Positions 40,226 through 50,620 of a stretch of 64,000 nucleotides of DNA are shown one piece after another (the first letter of the stretch is position 1; every line of letters starts with the position of its first letter). The position numbers and the translations under genes are program-made. The notes under the pieces are model-generated. The model searched no databases and was not told where the DNA came from. It saw nothing but the letters and a program-made list of their open reading frames with translations. Location of the stretch: positions 94,463-158,462 of IMG/VR virus record IMGVR_UViG_3300043395_003072. One strand, 5' to 3'. The DNA comes from a virus.

Positions 40226-40653
40226 TAAATATCACCTATAACTCTTTTAACAAAAGTTAGTTTAAGGTTTATATCGTTTTTAACTTTGGGGCTTTCATGT
40301 CCAGGGCAATATATCCTTACCCATATAGGTATAGCTGTCTCTGTATTAGCTACTAAGTTATTACCTAGCCCTGGTAAATCACAAGCCGAATTAATTAAAA
40401 CTTCTCCCCACTCTTTATCAGTAGGCTGCTCCTCGCCGTATCTTAGCTTAACTGACCAGCCTGTGCTTGAGAATAAATCTCCTTCAATAAGCTCAGGCAT
40501 CTCAGGTTTAATTTTAAGATTCGTATAGTAGAACTCAGAAGAGTAATTTCTTATATAGATTTTCTCTTCATGAGCGCCGCCAGTAAAACCATTATGAGAA
40601 CTCATTAATTCAGTTAATGGCTCTAGTTCTGAATTCAAAATAACTAAGCTCAT
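40225..40653 (-). CDS. Hypothetical beta-rich protein (possibly structural)
   Basis: 142 aa, operon-coupled; IYIRN and PIWVRI strands. Confidence 0.55.
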   Translation of the reverse strand: MSLVILNSELEPLTELMSSHNGFTGGAHEEKIYIRNYSSEFYYTNLKIKPEMPELIEGDLFSSTGWSVKLRYGEEQPTDKEWGEVLINSACDLPGLGNNLVANTETAIPIWVRIYCPGHESPKVKNDINLKLTFVKRVIGDI

Positions 40654-41876
40654 ATCTTGTTTCCTCTGTTTTTATTAAACCCACTACTATGGTCATTTCT
40701 TCTACCAGTAAATGGAACTCCAGCTAACGCCGCACCAGATACGGTCATTATTCTCATATTTGTTCCCATATTACCTTTATCTTTACTAGTCAACATTTTT
40801 TGCGCATAACTTGCTCCGATACCTCTCCCTTTTACTTCATCTGGTGTCATTTTTCCAATTGCATTTAAAGCTTGAGTTCTCACTGATTCGGCTGCTTGTC
40901 CCAGCACTGCAGATCTATGCTGTTGAAGTACTAGGTCTTCATTACCTGCTTTAACGGAGAGTGATAAACTATCATCGGATCCAGCAAAATAATCTTTAAG
41001 TTTCGGTTGGTTTATATCTCCTCCTGCATGTAATTCTCCGTATTCGCCAGTTCTAATTTCTCCAATTGTCTTTCCATCAAGCTCTCCAAGTTTTATTTCT
41101 CTTAATTCTGCTTGTGCTGCAACTGCTGGTTTATTAACTAAAGCACCATAAGCGTCTTCTCCCATAAGCTTTTTCATCATTCCTACTTCAATATCTCCCA
41201 TTGATTGCTGAACCATCCTTCCCGCTCCTCTTAATCCTACTGCAGCTAAAGCTCCAACTCCAGCACCAGATTCAAACTCTCCTCCTGCTGCGTAGTTAAC
41301 TAATCCACCTAAAGCCCCAGCAGTAGCTAACATCCCTACTTCTTGGCCTAAAGTTTTATCTTCTAAACTAAAAAGATTAGTTAATGGTGAAGTTGCTCTT
41401 GTTTGACCAGCTCTACTGTATCCTGAAAATAACTCTCCAGTCTCATTAAGATTTCTTGCCATATCTTCGAAAGAACCAAGAGTCCCGTAATTCCCTTCTT
41501 TTTGAGAAGCTAAAAAATTATCTCTAGCTTTAGTAATATTTGCAAATTCAACATCAGATAAATCTCTTCCTGCAGCAGTATTTAGTTCAGATCTGAGATT
41601 TGTCGCATCGTACCCACTCCCAAGACTATTTTTAAGTGCCGCATTAGTTGCATTTTGTTGCGCATCACTTAATCCCGAAATCAATCTTCCACCCATTACA
41701 CTTGTGAAATCATCCATAGCTCTTGTAACATTTTCGCTACCCGCTCTTATTGCTGCACCTGATCCAAGAACAGCATTACCAATAACATCTGGAGTTATTG
41801 AAGTTACAGCATTGTAACCAGATTCTATTGCAGCTTTAGCTCCACTCATTTTAGCTAAAAGTTTTGCTATACTCAT
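40650..41876 (-). CDS. Gly/Ala-rich protein, possible ejection/inner-core protein
   Basis: 408 aa with GxxxG-rich hydrophobic segments; function is inferred. Confidence 0.45.
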   Translation of the reverse strand: MSIAKLLAKMSGAKAAIESGYNAVTSITPDVIGNAVLGSGAAIRAGSENVTRAMDDFTSVMGGRLISGLSDAQQNATNAALKNSLGSGYDATNLRSELNTAAGRDLSDVEFANITKARDNFLASQKEGNYGTLGSFEDMARNLNETGELFSGYSRAGQTRATSPLTNLFSLEDKTLGQEVGMLATAGALGGLVNYAAGGEFESGAGVGALAAVGLRGAGRMVQQSMGDIEVGMMKKLMGEDAYGALVNKPAVAAQAELREIKLGELDGKTIGEIRTGEYGELHAGGDINQPKLKDYFAGSDDSLSLSVKAGNEDLVLQQHRSAVLGQAAESVRTQALNAIGKMTPDEVKGRGIGASYAQKMLTSKDKGNMGTNMRIMTVSGAALAGVPFTGRRNDHSSGFNKNRGNKI

Positions 41877-41879
41877 GTG

Positions 41880-43997
41880 TTATTTCCAACTTCTAGAAGC
41901 GCGTTTTCCAAAATGGCCTCTTTTTTGTGCGTGTTGAATTTCACTTATAGGAGTCATTCCTCTACTAGTATTATGATACTTATTGATTCCATCTAATATA
42001 ATGCTTTTGGATTTTTCAGGATCTTTTTCTACGTTTTGTCTACTAATCTCTAATAAGTGATATAAACCAGGAACGCCTTCTTTTTTATTCTTATCAAATA
42101 AAGCGGAGGCTTCATCTTGCTTTGCTAGTTTATTAATAGCCTCTAACTTATGAAATGTAGGTACTGAAGGAAACATATGCTTACCTGAGTAAACTGATTC
42201 TTCTAGTACTAAGGCTCCTAAAGCTAACATAAATGCGTCAAGCCTGTGGTCTCCTACAAGTTCGTTTTGCTTACCATATATAGGCTTATTATTTTGGGCG
42301 TTATATTTCTCTATTACATAATTAAAGAACTGGTCTGTTAATGTCTTGTCAGTTACAGGATATTTAAACAAATTCTCTTGTAAAATTCTAGTAGCGTTCT
42401 CTACTAAGAAATGTTTCCCTGTTTTCTTTATATCTTCGTTAGTTACAGGATCTTTTAGAATTACATTCGATGAGAAGTTAAAAGCTTTTAATCTATCGTA
42501 GATCTTAACAGCTTCTTCCTCCATAGGAGTTTTGTTCTGCTTGCTTCTAAGAGCATAAGACTCCCATTTAATATCTTCTATAATAGTATGCCCATAGCCC
42601 TCGTCAGCATATATATAATCTGGCCGCCATTTATAATTGAGATTCATTAACTCTTTAATCCATCTCTTAGCAGAGAACTCAGAAGATGGAACGTTTACAG
42701 CATCTAAGCCAATCCAAACTTTATCTTGTGGAAAATATCCAACAACATAAAACTCAGTACCTGCGTTTTTATTCCAGTCTATACCTATAGCCTTGATACA
42801 GTCGTTAACAGAGCGCAGCCCTAACTTCTTTTGCAGAACATTTAACTCTGCAGCATCATCATAGCTGTAATCTAGCCTTGCATGGTTTATCCAATTCTTC
42901 TTGAAAACACCTTTCTCATCATCAGTAAATACAGCCATATATTCTGACATAAAAGACTCAGGTGTAGAATCTCTTATAATATCAGCTTTGATCTGCTCCC
43001 AGAAAGGCAAGATAGAAGTAGGTAAATGATCTGATTTGAAATCAGAACGCTTTTGAGTCCACTCGTGAAACTTGCCTTTCTCTCCGATAGGCGTAGAGGT
43101 GGCAATTAATATCGTATCTGGAGTAGTAGCAAGTATAGGGTTAATCACCTTAGTTAATACTTCTTCTGGAATCATATCCATCTCGTCTAGATAAACTACA
43201 TTCGCAGAGAAACCACGCATAGTACCACCACCAGAACCATCTTGCCTTACACCTATACCTGATACGAATCCTTGAATTAAACCGCCATTCTTAAACTCCA
43301 TCTTAAATGTAGGAGTCTTAATATATAAACTGTCTCCAGTACCAGAAATTACTTCTTGTCTAAGCTCTACATTTCTTTTTAGAAGCTTTTCCATTTCTTC
43401 AAAGATGTTAGTTAGCTGAGCCTGATAAGGAGTAACTACCATTATAGAAGGCCCAAGATAAACAATATTACCTTGCGAGTCACGACCTCTATCTAGCTTC
43501 ATGTTAAACGCGTAATAAATAAGCTTTAGAGCCATGGCAAAGCTCTTACCTGCACGACGCCCTTCAAGTATAGCAATACGCTTACTAGTGCACCTTATTT
43601 GCTCTTTCTGATAGCTTCTAATAAACCACTTAGAGTCTTCATCGCTAAAACCAAACATGAGCTCGCACCAAGTAACAGGATCGATAGAAGCTTTTAGCAA
43701 CTTAGTGGCGTGCTCTTGAGTCATGCCTGTTTTTTCAGACAGCTCTTCTATCTTAGAAGCAGCCCCATCAGGCAATTTCCTAGCAACAAAATTACATTTA
43801 ATAGTATTTTCGCCATATTTATAATGTTGCCTAATCTGGCAATTGATACAACCTCTAGTTGTATCCATATTTATCTTATCTTTAAAGTAATCCAATATTT
43901 CTTCAGAAGCTTTTGCATCTGGATTTTGATGCTCAACTCCATACTCATTTACAGTGTAAAGTTCTTCTTGAATTAAAGCTCTAATCTTTGGGTGCAT
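41880..43997 (-). CDS. terL: Terminase large subunit
   Basis: Contains YQ (Q motif), GRRAGKS Walker A, VYLDEMD Walker B, TSTP motif III, and nuclease motifs IGIDWN and DHRLDA. Confidence 0.93.
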   Translation of the reverse strand: MHPKIRALIQEELYTVNEYGVEHQNPDAKASEEILDYFKDKINMDTTRGCINCQIRQHYKYGENTIKCNFVARKLPDGAASKIEELSEKTGMTQEHATKLLKASIDPVTWCELMFGFSDEDSKWFIRSYQKEQIRCTSKRIAILEGRRAGKSFAMALKLIYYAFNMKLDRGRDSQGNIVYLGPSIMVVTPYQAQLTNIFEEMEKLLKRNVELRQEVISGTGDSLYIKTPTFKMEFKNGGLIQGFVSGIGVRQDGSGGGTMRGFSANVVYLDEMDMIPEEVLTKVINPILATTPDTILIATSTPIGEKGKFHEWTQKRSDFKSDHLPTSILPFWEQIKADIIRDSTPESFMSEYMAVFTDDEKGVFKKNWINHARLDYSYDDAAELNVLQKKLGLRSVNDCIKAIGIDWNKNAGTEFYVVGYFPQDKVWIGLDAVNVPSSEFSAKRWIKELMNLNYKWRPDYIYADEGYGHTIIEDIKWESYALRSKQNKTPMEEEAVKIYDRLKAFNFSSNVILKDPVTNEDIKKTGKHFLVENATRILQENLFKYPVTDKTLTDQFFNYVIEKYNAQNNKPIYGKQNELVGDHRLDAFMLALGALVLEESVYSGKHMFPSVPTFHKLEAINKLAKQDEASALFDKNKKEGVPGLYHLLEISRQNVEKDPEKSKSIILDGINKYHNTSRGMTPISEIQHAQKRGHFGKRASRSWK

Positions 43998-43998
43998 A

Positions 43999-45084
43999 TT
44001 AGTATCTCTTATAGTGGCTAAACATATCTCTATTCATATGTACTATATTAGCTTCTTGACCAAAAGCACTTCTTGCATTCATATGAGACTTATTCATTGC
44101 TTGTAGTGCGCGCTCTCTCATTGTTACTGCATTCTGAGTAAAGAATGCAGCAGTATCTCCTGCATAATTTAAACCCTTATTTCTTTGAGCCCTAGCGAAT
44201 CCACCTTCCACCATTGCATAAGTGCTCGAAACTACTTCTTTCATTGCATAAATTCCCGCACCCGCTATTGCTAAACCTGCTAAGCTTGAACCAATATTTG
44301 CACCTACCGCAGCACCCCCAGCAGCACCAAAAATATAACCGAACATTCCAGTTATATTTTCATTTAAAATTTCCATTCCTACATAGTTATTTACTACTGA
44401 AGCAGCGCCACTCAAAAAAGCCGATCCAGCAGTAGCGCCAATACTTGCTGCTGTATGAGCAACCATTATACTCGATGCTCTAGCAAGCAAAGGCATTCTT
44501 GCATACGGTCCAGTTAAACCAGCTGCATATTGATAAGACATAGCTGTTCCAGTATTAACTTTTAAAAACTTATCAGCTTTTGCTCTATCAATAATATCTC
44601 CACCAACTACAGTCGCATTCATTGCAGAATAGTTTGCGAAAGCATCTCTTACTAAATATCCCGGAAGCCCTTGTACGCCTTCTTCTGCAACAGCTTGAAT
44701 TCCAAAGACAGCAGATAATGCTAAAGGAAGCGCTACGCTTAGTTTGCTACCCTGAATAATTCCTCCAGGAATTAAATTAGAGCCTACTGCCGTAGAGTAA
44801 TTTCCTGGCAAATTAGCTTCAAATTTTAAAGGGTTACTAAATAATCCGGTGCCATTTGACGGCATTATATTTGTAACACCAAACTTCGCTTGTCTAGATA
44901 AATTGGAAAAATTTTGATCACTAAATACAGCGCCAAAACCTAAGTTTCCAACAATTTTTTCAGCACCTACCGCATAAAAAGCGCCAGATAGAGCTCGCTC
45001 TCCAAGCATCTTTCTAGTAAGCATTGCCGCTCCAGTACCTTCTGCAACAGCAGCTCCATTCTCAAGTAAAGATATCATATCCAT
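43999..45084 (-). CDS. Gly/Ala-rich membrane-like protein, possible ejection protein
   Basis: 361 aa with glycine-zipper-like hydrophobic helices (FGAAGGAAVGANIG). Confidence 0.45.
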   Translation of the reverse strand: MDMISLLENGAAVAEGTGAAMLTRKMLGERALSGAFYAVGAEKIVGNLGFGAVFSDQNFSNLSRQAKFGVTNIMPSNGTGLFSNPLKFEANLPGNYSTAVGSNLIPGGIIQGSKLSVALPLALSAVFGIQAVAEEGVQGLPGYLVRDAFANYSAMNATVVGGDIIDRAKADKFLKVNTGTAMSYQYAAGLTGPYARMPLLARASSIMVAHTAASIGATAGSAFLSGAASVVNNYVGMEILNENITGMFGYIFGAAGGAAVGANIGSSLAGLAIAGAGIYAMKEVVSSTYAMVEGGFARAQRNKGLNYAGDTAAFFTQNAVTMRERALQAMNKSHMNARSAFGQEANIVHMNRDMFSHYKRY

Positions 45085-45086
45085 AA

Positions 45087-48000
45087 TTACATCCTATGAT
45101 GGCCAATTGGAGAGTTAAATTGATTACGCAATGCGCTTTGCTGCATAGCCGCCATTGTTTGTTTTCTTTTAAAAGATTCAATTTCTCTTATTTTAGCTTC
45201 TGTAGACTTTTGATTCATTTCTGACTCATATACAGAATCAGAAGTAATCAACTTAGCCATCTCTACATTGTTTTGATTTACATTTCCAACCTTCATCTTC
45301 TCAGTTAATCTATCGGAACCTCGAGTCCTCATAAGTCTGCCGATCTCATACTTTTGCTGATCAAGTACACTTGTTATAGAATTGCTAGGTTGTCCGTAAG
45401 TCTCCAGATTCATTGCTGAGAATTTAGGATCGTCTGCAAATGGCTTCTCAAGACTACCTATCTTCTTACCTAGAATCTCTAATTCTTCTTTATTTATATA
45501 GCCTTGTCTTTGAGCTTTGTTCATTTCTGCAAACATGCTCATCATATTACTACTATTAACTACTTTAGCGGGATCATTTAACATGTTAAAGGTTACTGTT
45601 TGTCCACTAACTTTTGTTATCTCTTTATAAGCTTGGAAATAAGCCTCTGACCACATTCCCTTCTTAGCTTCATAAGCTTGCTCTTCAGCTATTTCAAAAG
45701 CTTTTTGGTCATATATAGGCTGCTTACCTTTACCCTTATAAGGAAGATAAGCAGCAGCGCCTCTCTTTAATAATTCTAAGTTCAAGTTTTTACCATCTAC
45801 ATAAACAACACCTACTTGACGACCATAAGTCATATCTCCCGGCTCAGTTACTACTTTCACTTCCTTAGCGTTGGCTAATAATTCTTGAGCTATCTGCTTC
45901 GCAGCTTCTGCATATGGCTGAGCAGCTCTATATTCGTGAGCAGTTTCTGGAGCATCTATACCTGCTAAGCGGAACTTAGCTTGACCAGTAGTACCCATAA
46001 ATTTATTCAATGGATCAATAATTCCACCATCTCTATTCACAGTAATAGTGTCTGCATCTTCTACTGTGATTTGTGTAGGATCAATACTATACTCTATTAA
46101 GTTTTTACCTTTAAGAGATGAATACCTTTCTGGATTAACTGGATTTCCCATAGTTACTAGGCTTGGTTGTTCTATAGAGAATCCATATTGTTTTCTAAAA
46201 GCAGAGTCTATGTGTTTCTTAAAGAAAAGCCCTATATCTCCTTCTTCAGAAAAGTGCCTTAACATAAACTGTCTATTAATATAATTCTGACGCTCTCTCC
46301 TTAAATTATGATCTTCAAGTACAGAGGAAGAATAACCCATACCTTGGTAAGGGGAACCGAAGTCTGTATTCAGTTTACGCATGAAAGCAGCCACACCAGA
46401 TTCTGACATACCTTCTATAGTGTTTCCATATTTTATATTTAAGTCTGCTTTATAGGCTTCTTCGCTTCCGTACTCTTGAGCCTTAACATTCAAGAATTGC
46501 TCATAAGTAGGAGTTAGCAAACTTTTACTAGCTTGTCTTTCTGGAGTAGCTGCCCCAAAACCAGCTAAACCTAAAACAAGCCCGACATAACCTCTCTTTG
46601 GAATACTACTTATAATCTCTCCTAAGTTTCTAATACTTGGCGCTTCGGGCATTGAAATAGCTTGCGCTGGATTAGTTCTTGGTACTAGTGGCACTTCTGC
46701 TTGCGCTATAACAGTAGGACTTGTTGTCGGCGTTACGGTTGGTATTGTTTCTGGTACTGGAGCTTCTGGTTCACCAAAGCTAACTCTTATTGCATTTTTA
46801 AGAAAATCACTTAAAGAACGACCTCTCCTCTGTCTTTGATTTAATTTCGCGCCTCTAGTTATTCTTCCACTTCCAGTTTTTAAAACTACTGCTTGAGCTT
46901 TAATAGTAGCGTCAAACTCTGCTTGATAAGTTCCAGCAGCACCAAATCTTCTTTCAAATACTTCAATCTGTTTACTTGCAGATTCTGAATACTCGCTACC
47001 TATCCTGCTTAGCTCGCCTCGGTTCTCTGGAAGCAACTCTCCGCTACTACCAAAAAGCCCTGAGATTCTTGGTATTATCTCGTCAAGTATTCTTCCCCTA
47101 TCAGCGCTGGCATAATCATCTAACCCTCTCATATTTTCAATAAACTTATCTAAAGTAAATATCTTAGTACTTTGAGAAGCGGCTATAGGTGTTGCTTCTG
47201 TAACTGCAAGCCCACCAACTTCTCTTGCTTGCTGTACTACCCCCAATCCAGGCTTATATTCTTTTACATTAAAGAATCCACGCTCTGCTAAATCTACTAA
47301 GTCACGACCAGCTCGTTGCCTATACAAGACATCTATTAAAGAATCATCTGAACCTGAAACTCGTTTAGTTAAAGCTTGAAAGGCTCCTGCATATTGTTGC
47401 GCTTCGTAGTAAGCCCCTCGACCTTGAGTCGCCTCATCTATCAACCTTCTCCCAACTTCTGTATCTTTGCTTACTTCGTCTATGGCCTGCAAGTGCTTTA
47501 AACCTTCAGATAATACAATCTTTTCAGAAATAGCTGTATCTGCAAAGCCTGCGTGAAGCTCTTTTGTGTCTGTTAAGTATTTAAACGCATCTTTTTCACC
47601 ACGTCCCACAGCTGCTGCATACGAATAAAGTCTAGCCTGAACTTCTACACCAAGCGCTGCTGGCTTAGAAACATTAGTAATCAATCCTTGTTTAATAAGC
47701 ATAGACTGTTGAGTTCTGGCTATATCTAATACGTCTCTTACATCGCCTTCTTTTGTATGCTTAATTAAAGCTTCATACATCCCAGACCAATCACCACTCT
47801 TTTGGGCCAATGCTCTTGCTCTTGAAAACTCTACTCCAGTAACGAAGAATGGTTTACCTGTACTAACTGAAATACCTCCAGTAGTTCCGAAGAATGGGTT
47901 CTTTGTTTGAAGCTTCTCAGTTCTGCCTGCATTCAGTGCTTCTATTTCTTTTTCATAGCGCCCATACTGATAGCCTCTAACAAAGTCTGACTCATCAATA

Positions 48001-49034
48001 GCTTCTAAGTTTTTACTTGCTCTATCTGCATTTAAAGCTTCAAATGCTTCTTTTGAGTAAGCATCTATATGCCCGCCAAACTCACCTGATTCGAAGCTAG
48101 CGTTAGCAATCCAAGTAACCTTACCTCTTAATAACTTAGGTAACTCATCCTGCAATATCTTTCTGATACTAAACCCCTGTTTTAATTCTAAGTTTTCTCC
48201 TTGTTTTCCAAAATAAGTTTCTGAATCATAACCCGCTGCTTCTACTTGAGCTATAAGTTGTTGCTTACTAACGTTTTGTAAATTTATAGCATTAAATAAT
48301 GCTCTTTTATGAATTACATCTTGGCTCAAAGCTTCACCACTACTATCTACTCCTACTTTCGCTTTTATAAGCTTAGCTTCATCTTCTACCATTTGGACAG
48401 CTTGGAACTTATCAGTACGAATCATCTCGTCTTCAATAGCTGATTTTAACACCGGATCTTTTCTAATAGCTTCTACCAGCTTGTCAGTATTCCCCCCTGC
48501 ATAACTTCCATAAACTGTAGGATTCCTTAAAGCCATTTGTCTTAAAGTATCACTATATTTTATTTCTCTAAAAGTAGCATCCCCGAGATTACTATCTAAA
48601 ACCGAACCTCTAGATTTATAAGCAGCCTCACCTAACTTAGGTTCTACACCTAACAAAGCATTAGACGTCGGTACAAACATTGTAGTTTTAGCAGATTGAT
48701 AATCGTGCACAGCAATCTGTGTAATACTATCTCTACCCAACCTACCTGTAGTTTCAATATCTAATAATACTGAATTCTTCAATATCTCTGCTGCATTACC
48801 AAAAGCAGAACCAGATATTGGAGTTCTAGTATTAGTTTTAGGATCAAATACAGTTACAGATTGTACTTCTCTACCTTGTCTTAGATACAAATTATATACA
48901 GTATCATCTGCAATTTCTTTTGGAGCTAATCTAAAAGTCTCAGTAACCGTTTGCCCATTTGGCAACTTAACTACATATTCTATTTCTTTATACGTATCTC
49001 CAGTATTTATAAAAGTAAAATGCTTATTCTTCAT
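45087..49034 (-). CDS. Fusion of a DEDDh exonuclease-like domain and a thermonuclease (SNase) domain
   Basis: 1315 aa. N-terminal LLDIETTG / ANASFE / LHAGFAD; C-terminal VEDADTI, RLAGIDAPE and YGRQVGVVYVDGKNLNLELLKRG (SNase signature). Confidence 0.75.
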   Translation of the reverse strand: MKNKHFTFINTGDTYKEIEYVVKLPNGQTVTETFRLAPKEIADDTVYNLYLRQGREVQSVTVFDPKTNTRTPISGSAFGNAAEILKNSVLLDIETTGRLGRDSITQIAVHDYQSAKTTMFVPTSNALLGVEPKLGEAAYKSRGSVLDSNLGDATFREIKYSDTLRQMALRNPTVYGSYAGGNTDKLVEAIRKDPVLKSAIEDEMIRTDKFQAVQMVEDEAKLIKAKVGVDSSGEALSQDVIHKRALFNAINLQNVSKQQLIAQVEAAGYDSETYFGKQGENLELKQGFSIRKILQDELPKLLRGKVTWIANASFESGEFGGHIDAYSKEAFEALNADRASKNLEAIDESDFVRGYQYGRYEKEIEALNAGRTEKLQTKNPFFGTTGGISVSTGKPFFVTGVEFSRARALAQKSGDWSGMYEALIKHTKEGDVRDVLDIARTQQSMLIKQGLITNVSKPAALGVEVQARLYSYAAAVGRGEKDAFKYLTDTKELHAGFADTAISEKIVLSEGLKHLQAIDEVSKDTEVGRRLIDEATQGRGAYYEAQQYAGAFQALTKRVSGSDDSLIDVLYRQRAGRDLVDLAERGFFNVKEYKPGLGVVQQAREVGGLAVTEATPIAASQSTKIFTLDKFIENMRGLDDYASADRGRILDEIIPRISGLFGSSGELLPENRGELSRIGSEYSESASKQIEVFERRFGAAGTYQAEFDATIKAQAVVLKTGSGRITRGAKLNQRQRRGRSLSDFLKNAIRVSFGEPEAPVPETIPTVTPTTSPTVIAQAEVPLVPRTNPAQAISMPEAPSIRNLGEIISSIPKRGYVGLVLGLAGFGAATPERQASKSLLTPTYEQFLNVKAQEYGSEEAYKADLNIKYGNTIEGMSESGVAAFMRKLNTDFGSPYQGMGYSSSVLEDHNLRRERQNYINRQFMLRHFSEEGDIGLFFKKHIDSAFRKQYGFSIEQPSLVTMGNPVNPERYSSLKGKNLIEYSIDPTQITVEDADTITVNRDGGIIDPLNKFMGTTGQAKFRLAGIDAPETAHEYRAAQPYAEAAKQIAQELLANAKEVKVVTEPGDMTYGRQVGVVYVDGKNLNLELLKRGAAAYLPYKGKGKQPIYDQKAFEIAEEQAYEAKKGMWSEAYFQAYKEITKVSGQTVTFNMLNDPAKVVNSSNMMSMFAEMNKAQRQGYINKEELEILGKKIGSLEKPFADDPKFSAMNLETYGQPSNSITSVLDQQKYEIGRLMRTRGSDRLTEKMKVGNVNQNNVEMAKLITSDSVYESEMNQKSTEAKIREIESFKRKQTMAAMQQSALRNQFNSPIGHHRM

Positions 49035-49731
49035 CTATCAAAATCTCTTTTGGTAATAACTTCTTTGAGTCAACCTCGTATAAAGCCTGCCTCAACATAG
49101 ATATTTCCTCCAGAACTCTAGAGTTGTTATTATTCTCTTGAATCTTGGCCATCATCTTAGCCTTAGATTCTCTAGTCTCCACTAACTTCTCTAACCAGCG
49201 TTCCCTGCGGCGCTCTAATTTATCAATCATATCTACTACAGGGTGCAACTTAGTAGTCTCAGCTTTCTCACCATTCTCATTAAAAGCTACCACATCACTA
49301 ATAAGAAAATCTCTACCTTCTCCTTTTTTATCTCCATTAGATAAAATCAAAACGCATCTATTCTTATACAAATCAATTAAAGATAATTCATTAACAATAC
49401 TCATCTCTACAGGATTACTAGGGTCTACATTTAAATAACTAATATAGTCTATTAATTTTTGTTCAACAAAAACAGTCTCCATAATACATTCTCTACCAAT
49501 AGGATAATCACTCTCTTCTCCTAATACTAAAGCGCCATTTACATCTCTCTCTGGTATAGGACATTTATTAATAAAAGGACACTTCTTACATCCCATACAC
49601 ATAATAGGAGAAGAAGTATAAACTCCATTCTTATAGTGATTAGACTTAGCTACAATCCTAGCTGCTTTCTCTGGAGGTAGAGAGTTCAAGTATTCATTAT
49701 GAGTGCCGCCGAAGAATTTAATAAGATCCAT
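49024..49731 (-). CDS. Putative terminase small subunit
   Basis: First gene of the operon. AGGAG Shine-Dalgarno precedes ATG 49731. Cys cluster followed by helical LHPVVD..DKLERRR..LEKL; function is inferred. Confidence 0.45.
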   Translation of the reverse strand: MDLIKFFGGTHNEYLNSLPPEKAARIVAKSNHYKNGVYTSSPIMCMGCKKCPFINKCPIPERDVNGALVLGEESDYPIGRECIMETVFVEQKLIDYISYLNVDPSNPVEMSIVNELSLIDLYKNRCVLILSNGDKKGEGRDFLISDVVAFNENGEKAETTKLHPVVDMIDKLERRRERWLEKLVETRESKAKMMAKIQENNNNSRVLEEISMLRQALYEVDSKKLLPKEILIDEE

Positions 49732-49824
49732 ATATAACTCCTGAAAATATATAATAAAAAATTTAAAATAAATAATAACATAAATCAATAATTAAATTTC
49801 TAAAAAGACCCCGGGGGTGAATTG

Positions 49825-49924
49825 AAAATATTTGGGAGTAAGAGAGCGCGAGAAAGTATAAAAAATATTTGGGAAAAAGCTGTTACCTATGACGGCAATT
49901 AGAAAAATATAAAAAATATTTGGG
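49825..49924. repeat. Three direct repeats AAAATATTTGGG in the divergent intergenic junction
   Basis: Exact copies at 49825-49836, 49862-49873 and 49913-49924. Copies 2 and 3 extend upstream to AGAAA..TATAAAAAATATTTGGG. Confidence 0.75.
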
Positions 49925-50021
49925 GGTGTTATTTTTATAGTGGTTGGCACGATCCAAAAGATCCGTGCCCACCCGGGGGGAGTAAGCCCCTGGCCGCTGT
50001 GGCCTATAGCTTGAACACACC

Positions 50022-50387
50022 GTGGGTATGCCCCACAGAAAGTTCTGTGATCACATCATGATCAAGAACAAGCTCGAGAGTATTAACAACAATCCCTGGA
50101 ACTTCCGCAAGGTCTTCAAGATCGAGTGGTGTAACCGCAATGAGGGCGTCTCTGGTTGGGCTTCGGCCCCTGCCAACATCCCTGACTTCAACGGCAGCAC
50201 CGACGACCATGAGGACTTGGGTATCATCCTCGCCCTCCAGCGCCACTATGGCACTGCGCAGGTCGACGGGATGTATGTCTCGCCTATGACGGCCCGTTGG
50301 GCCGAGGCGTGCACGGTGGGTTTCGTGGTGGATGGGTGGCGCTACGGGCAGGCCTTCGGGCTCGCCTGGCGCGTCCGCGTCCGCTGA
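50022..50387 (+). CDS. Hypothetical protein (first plus-strand gene; start uncertain)
   Basis: GC3-rich codon bias like its neighbours; ends at the start of the repeated spacer. Confidence 0.6.
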   Translation: MGMPHRKFCDHIMIKNKLESINNNPWNFRKVFKIEWCNRNEGVSGWASAPANIPDFNGSTDDHEDLGIILALQRHYGTAQVDGMYVSPMTARWAEACTVGFVVDGWRYGQAFGLAWRVRVR

Positions 50388-50498
50388 GTCGCTGTTGTCT
50401 GATCTCTAGCCGCTTAGGCGGCTCAAAAATAAAGTCCTAGGGTCACCATACCTAGGCCGAAACGCCGTGAGGCGTCCGGGGAAAGCCCCGCTGATGAG
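50381..50498 (+). repeat. ~115-bp intergenic repeat, copy 1 (copy 2 at 51758-51872)
   Basis: Near-identical run CCGCTGAGTCG.TGTTGTCTG...CTAGCCGCTTAGGCGGCTCAAAAATAAAGTCCTAGG...GCTGATGAG. Confidence 0.9.
50434..50498 (+). ncRNA. Hammerhead ribozyme HH1 (type II-like permutation)
   Basis: Hairpin CCUAGG/CCUAGG, then CC-GAAA (50459), stem III CGCC-GUGA-GGCG, UC (predicted cut after 50476), stem I CGGGG-AAAG-CCCCG, CUGAUGA-G. Confidence 0.88.
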
Positions 50499-50620
50499 AA
50501 TTCACTTGTCAGAATGCCCTTTGCAACAGGACACACACGACCATCATAGCAGCTATCAAGCTGTGTCGTGCAGTGTATGAGACTGGGCTCACCTCCCTCC
50601 CGTGCAAAAAGGAGAATCCA

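Noticed and set aside
550-49438. Short plus-strand ORFs across the morphogenesis operon
   Set aside because: All overlap longer, translationally coupled minus-strand genes and have atypical composition.
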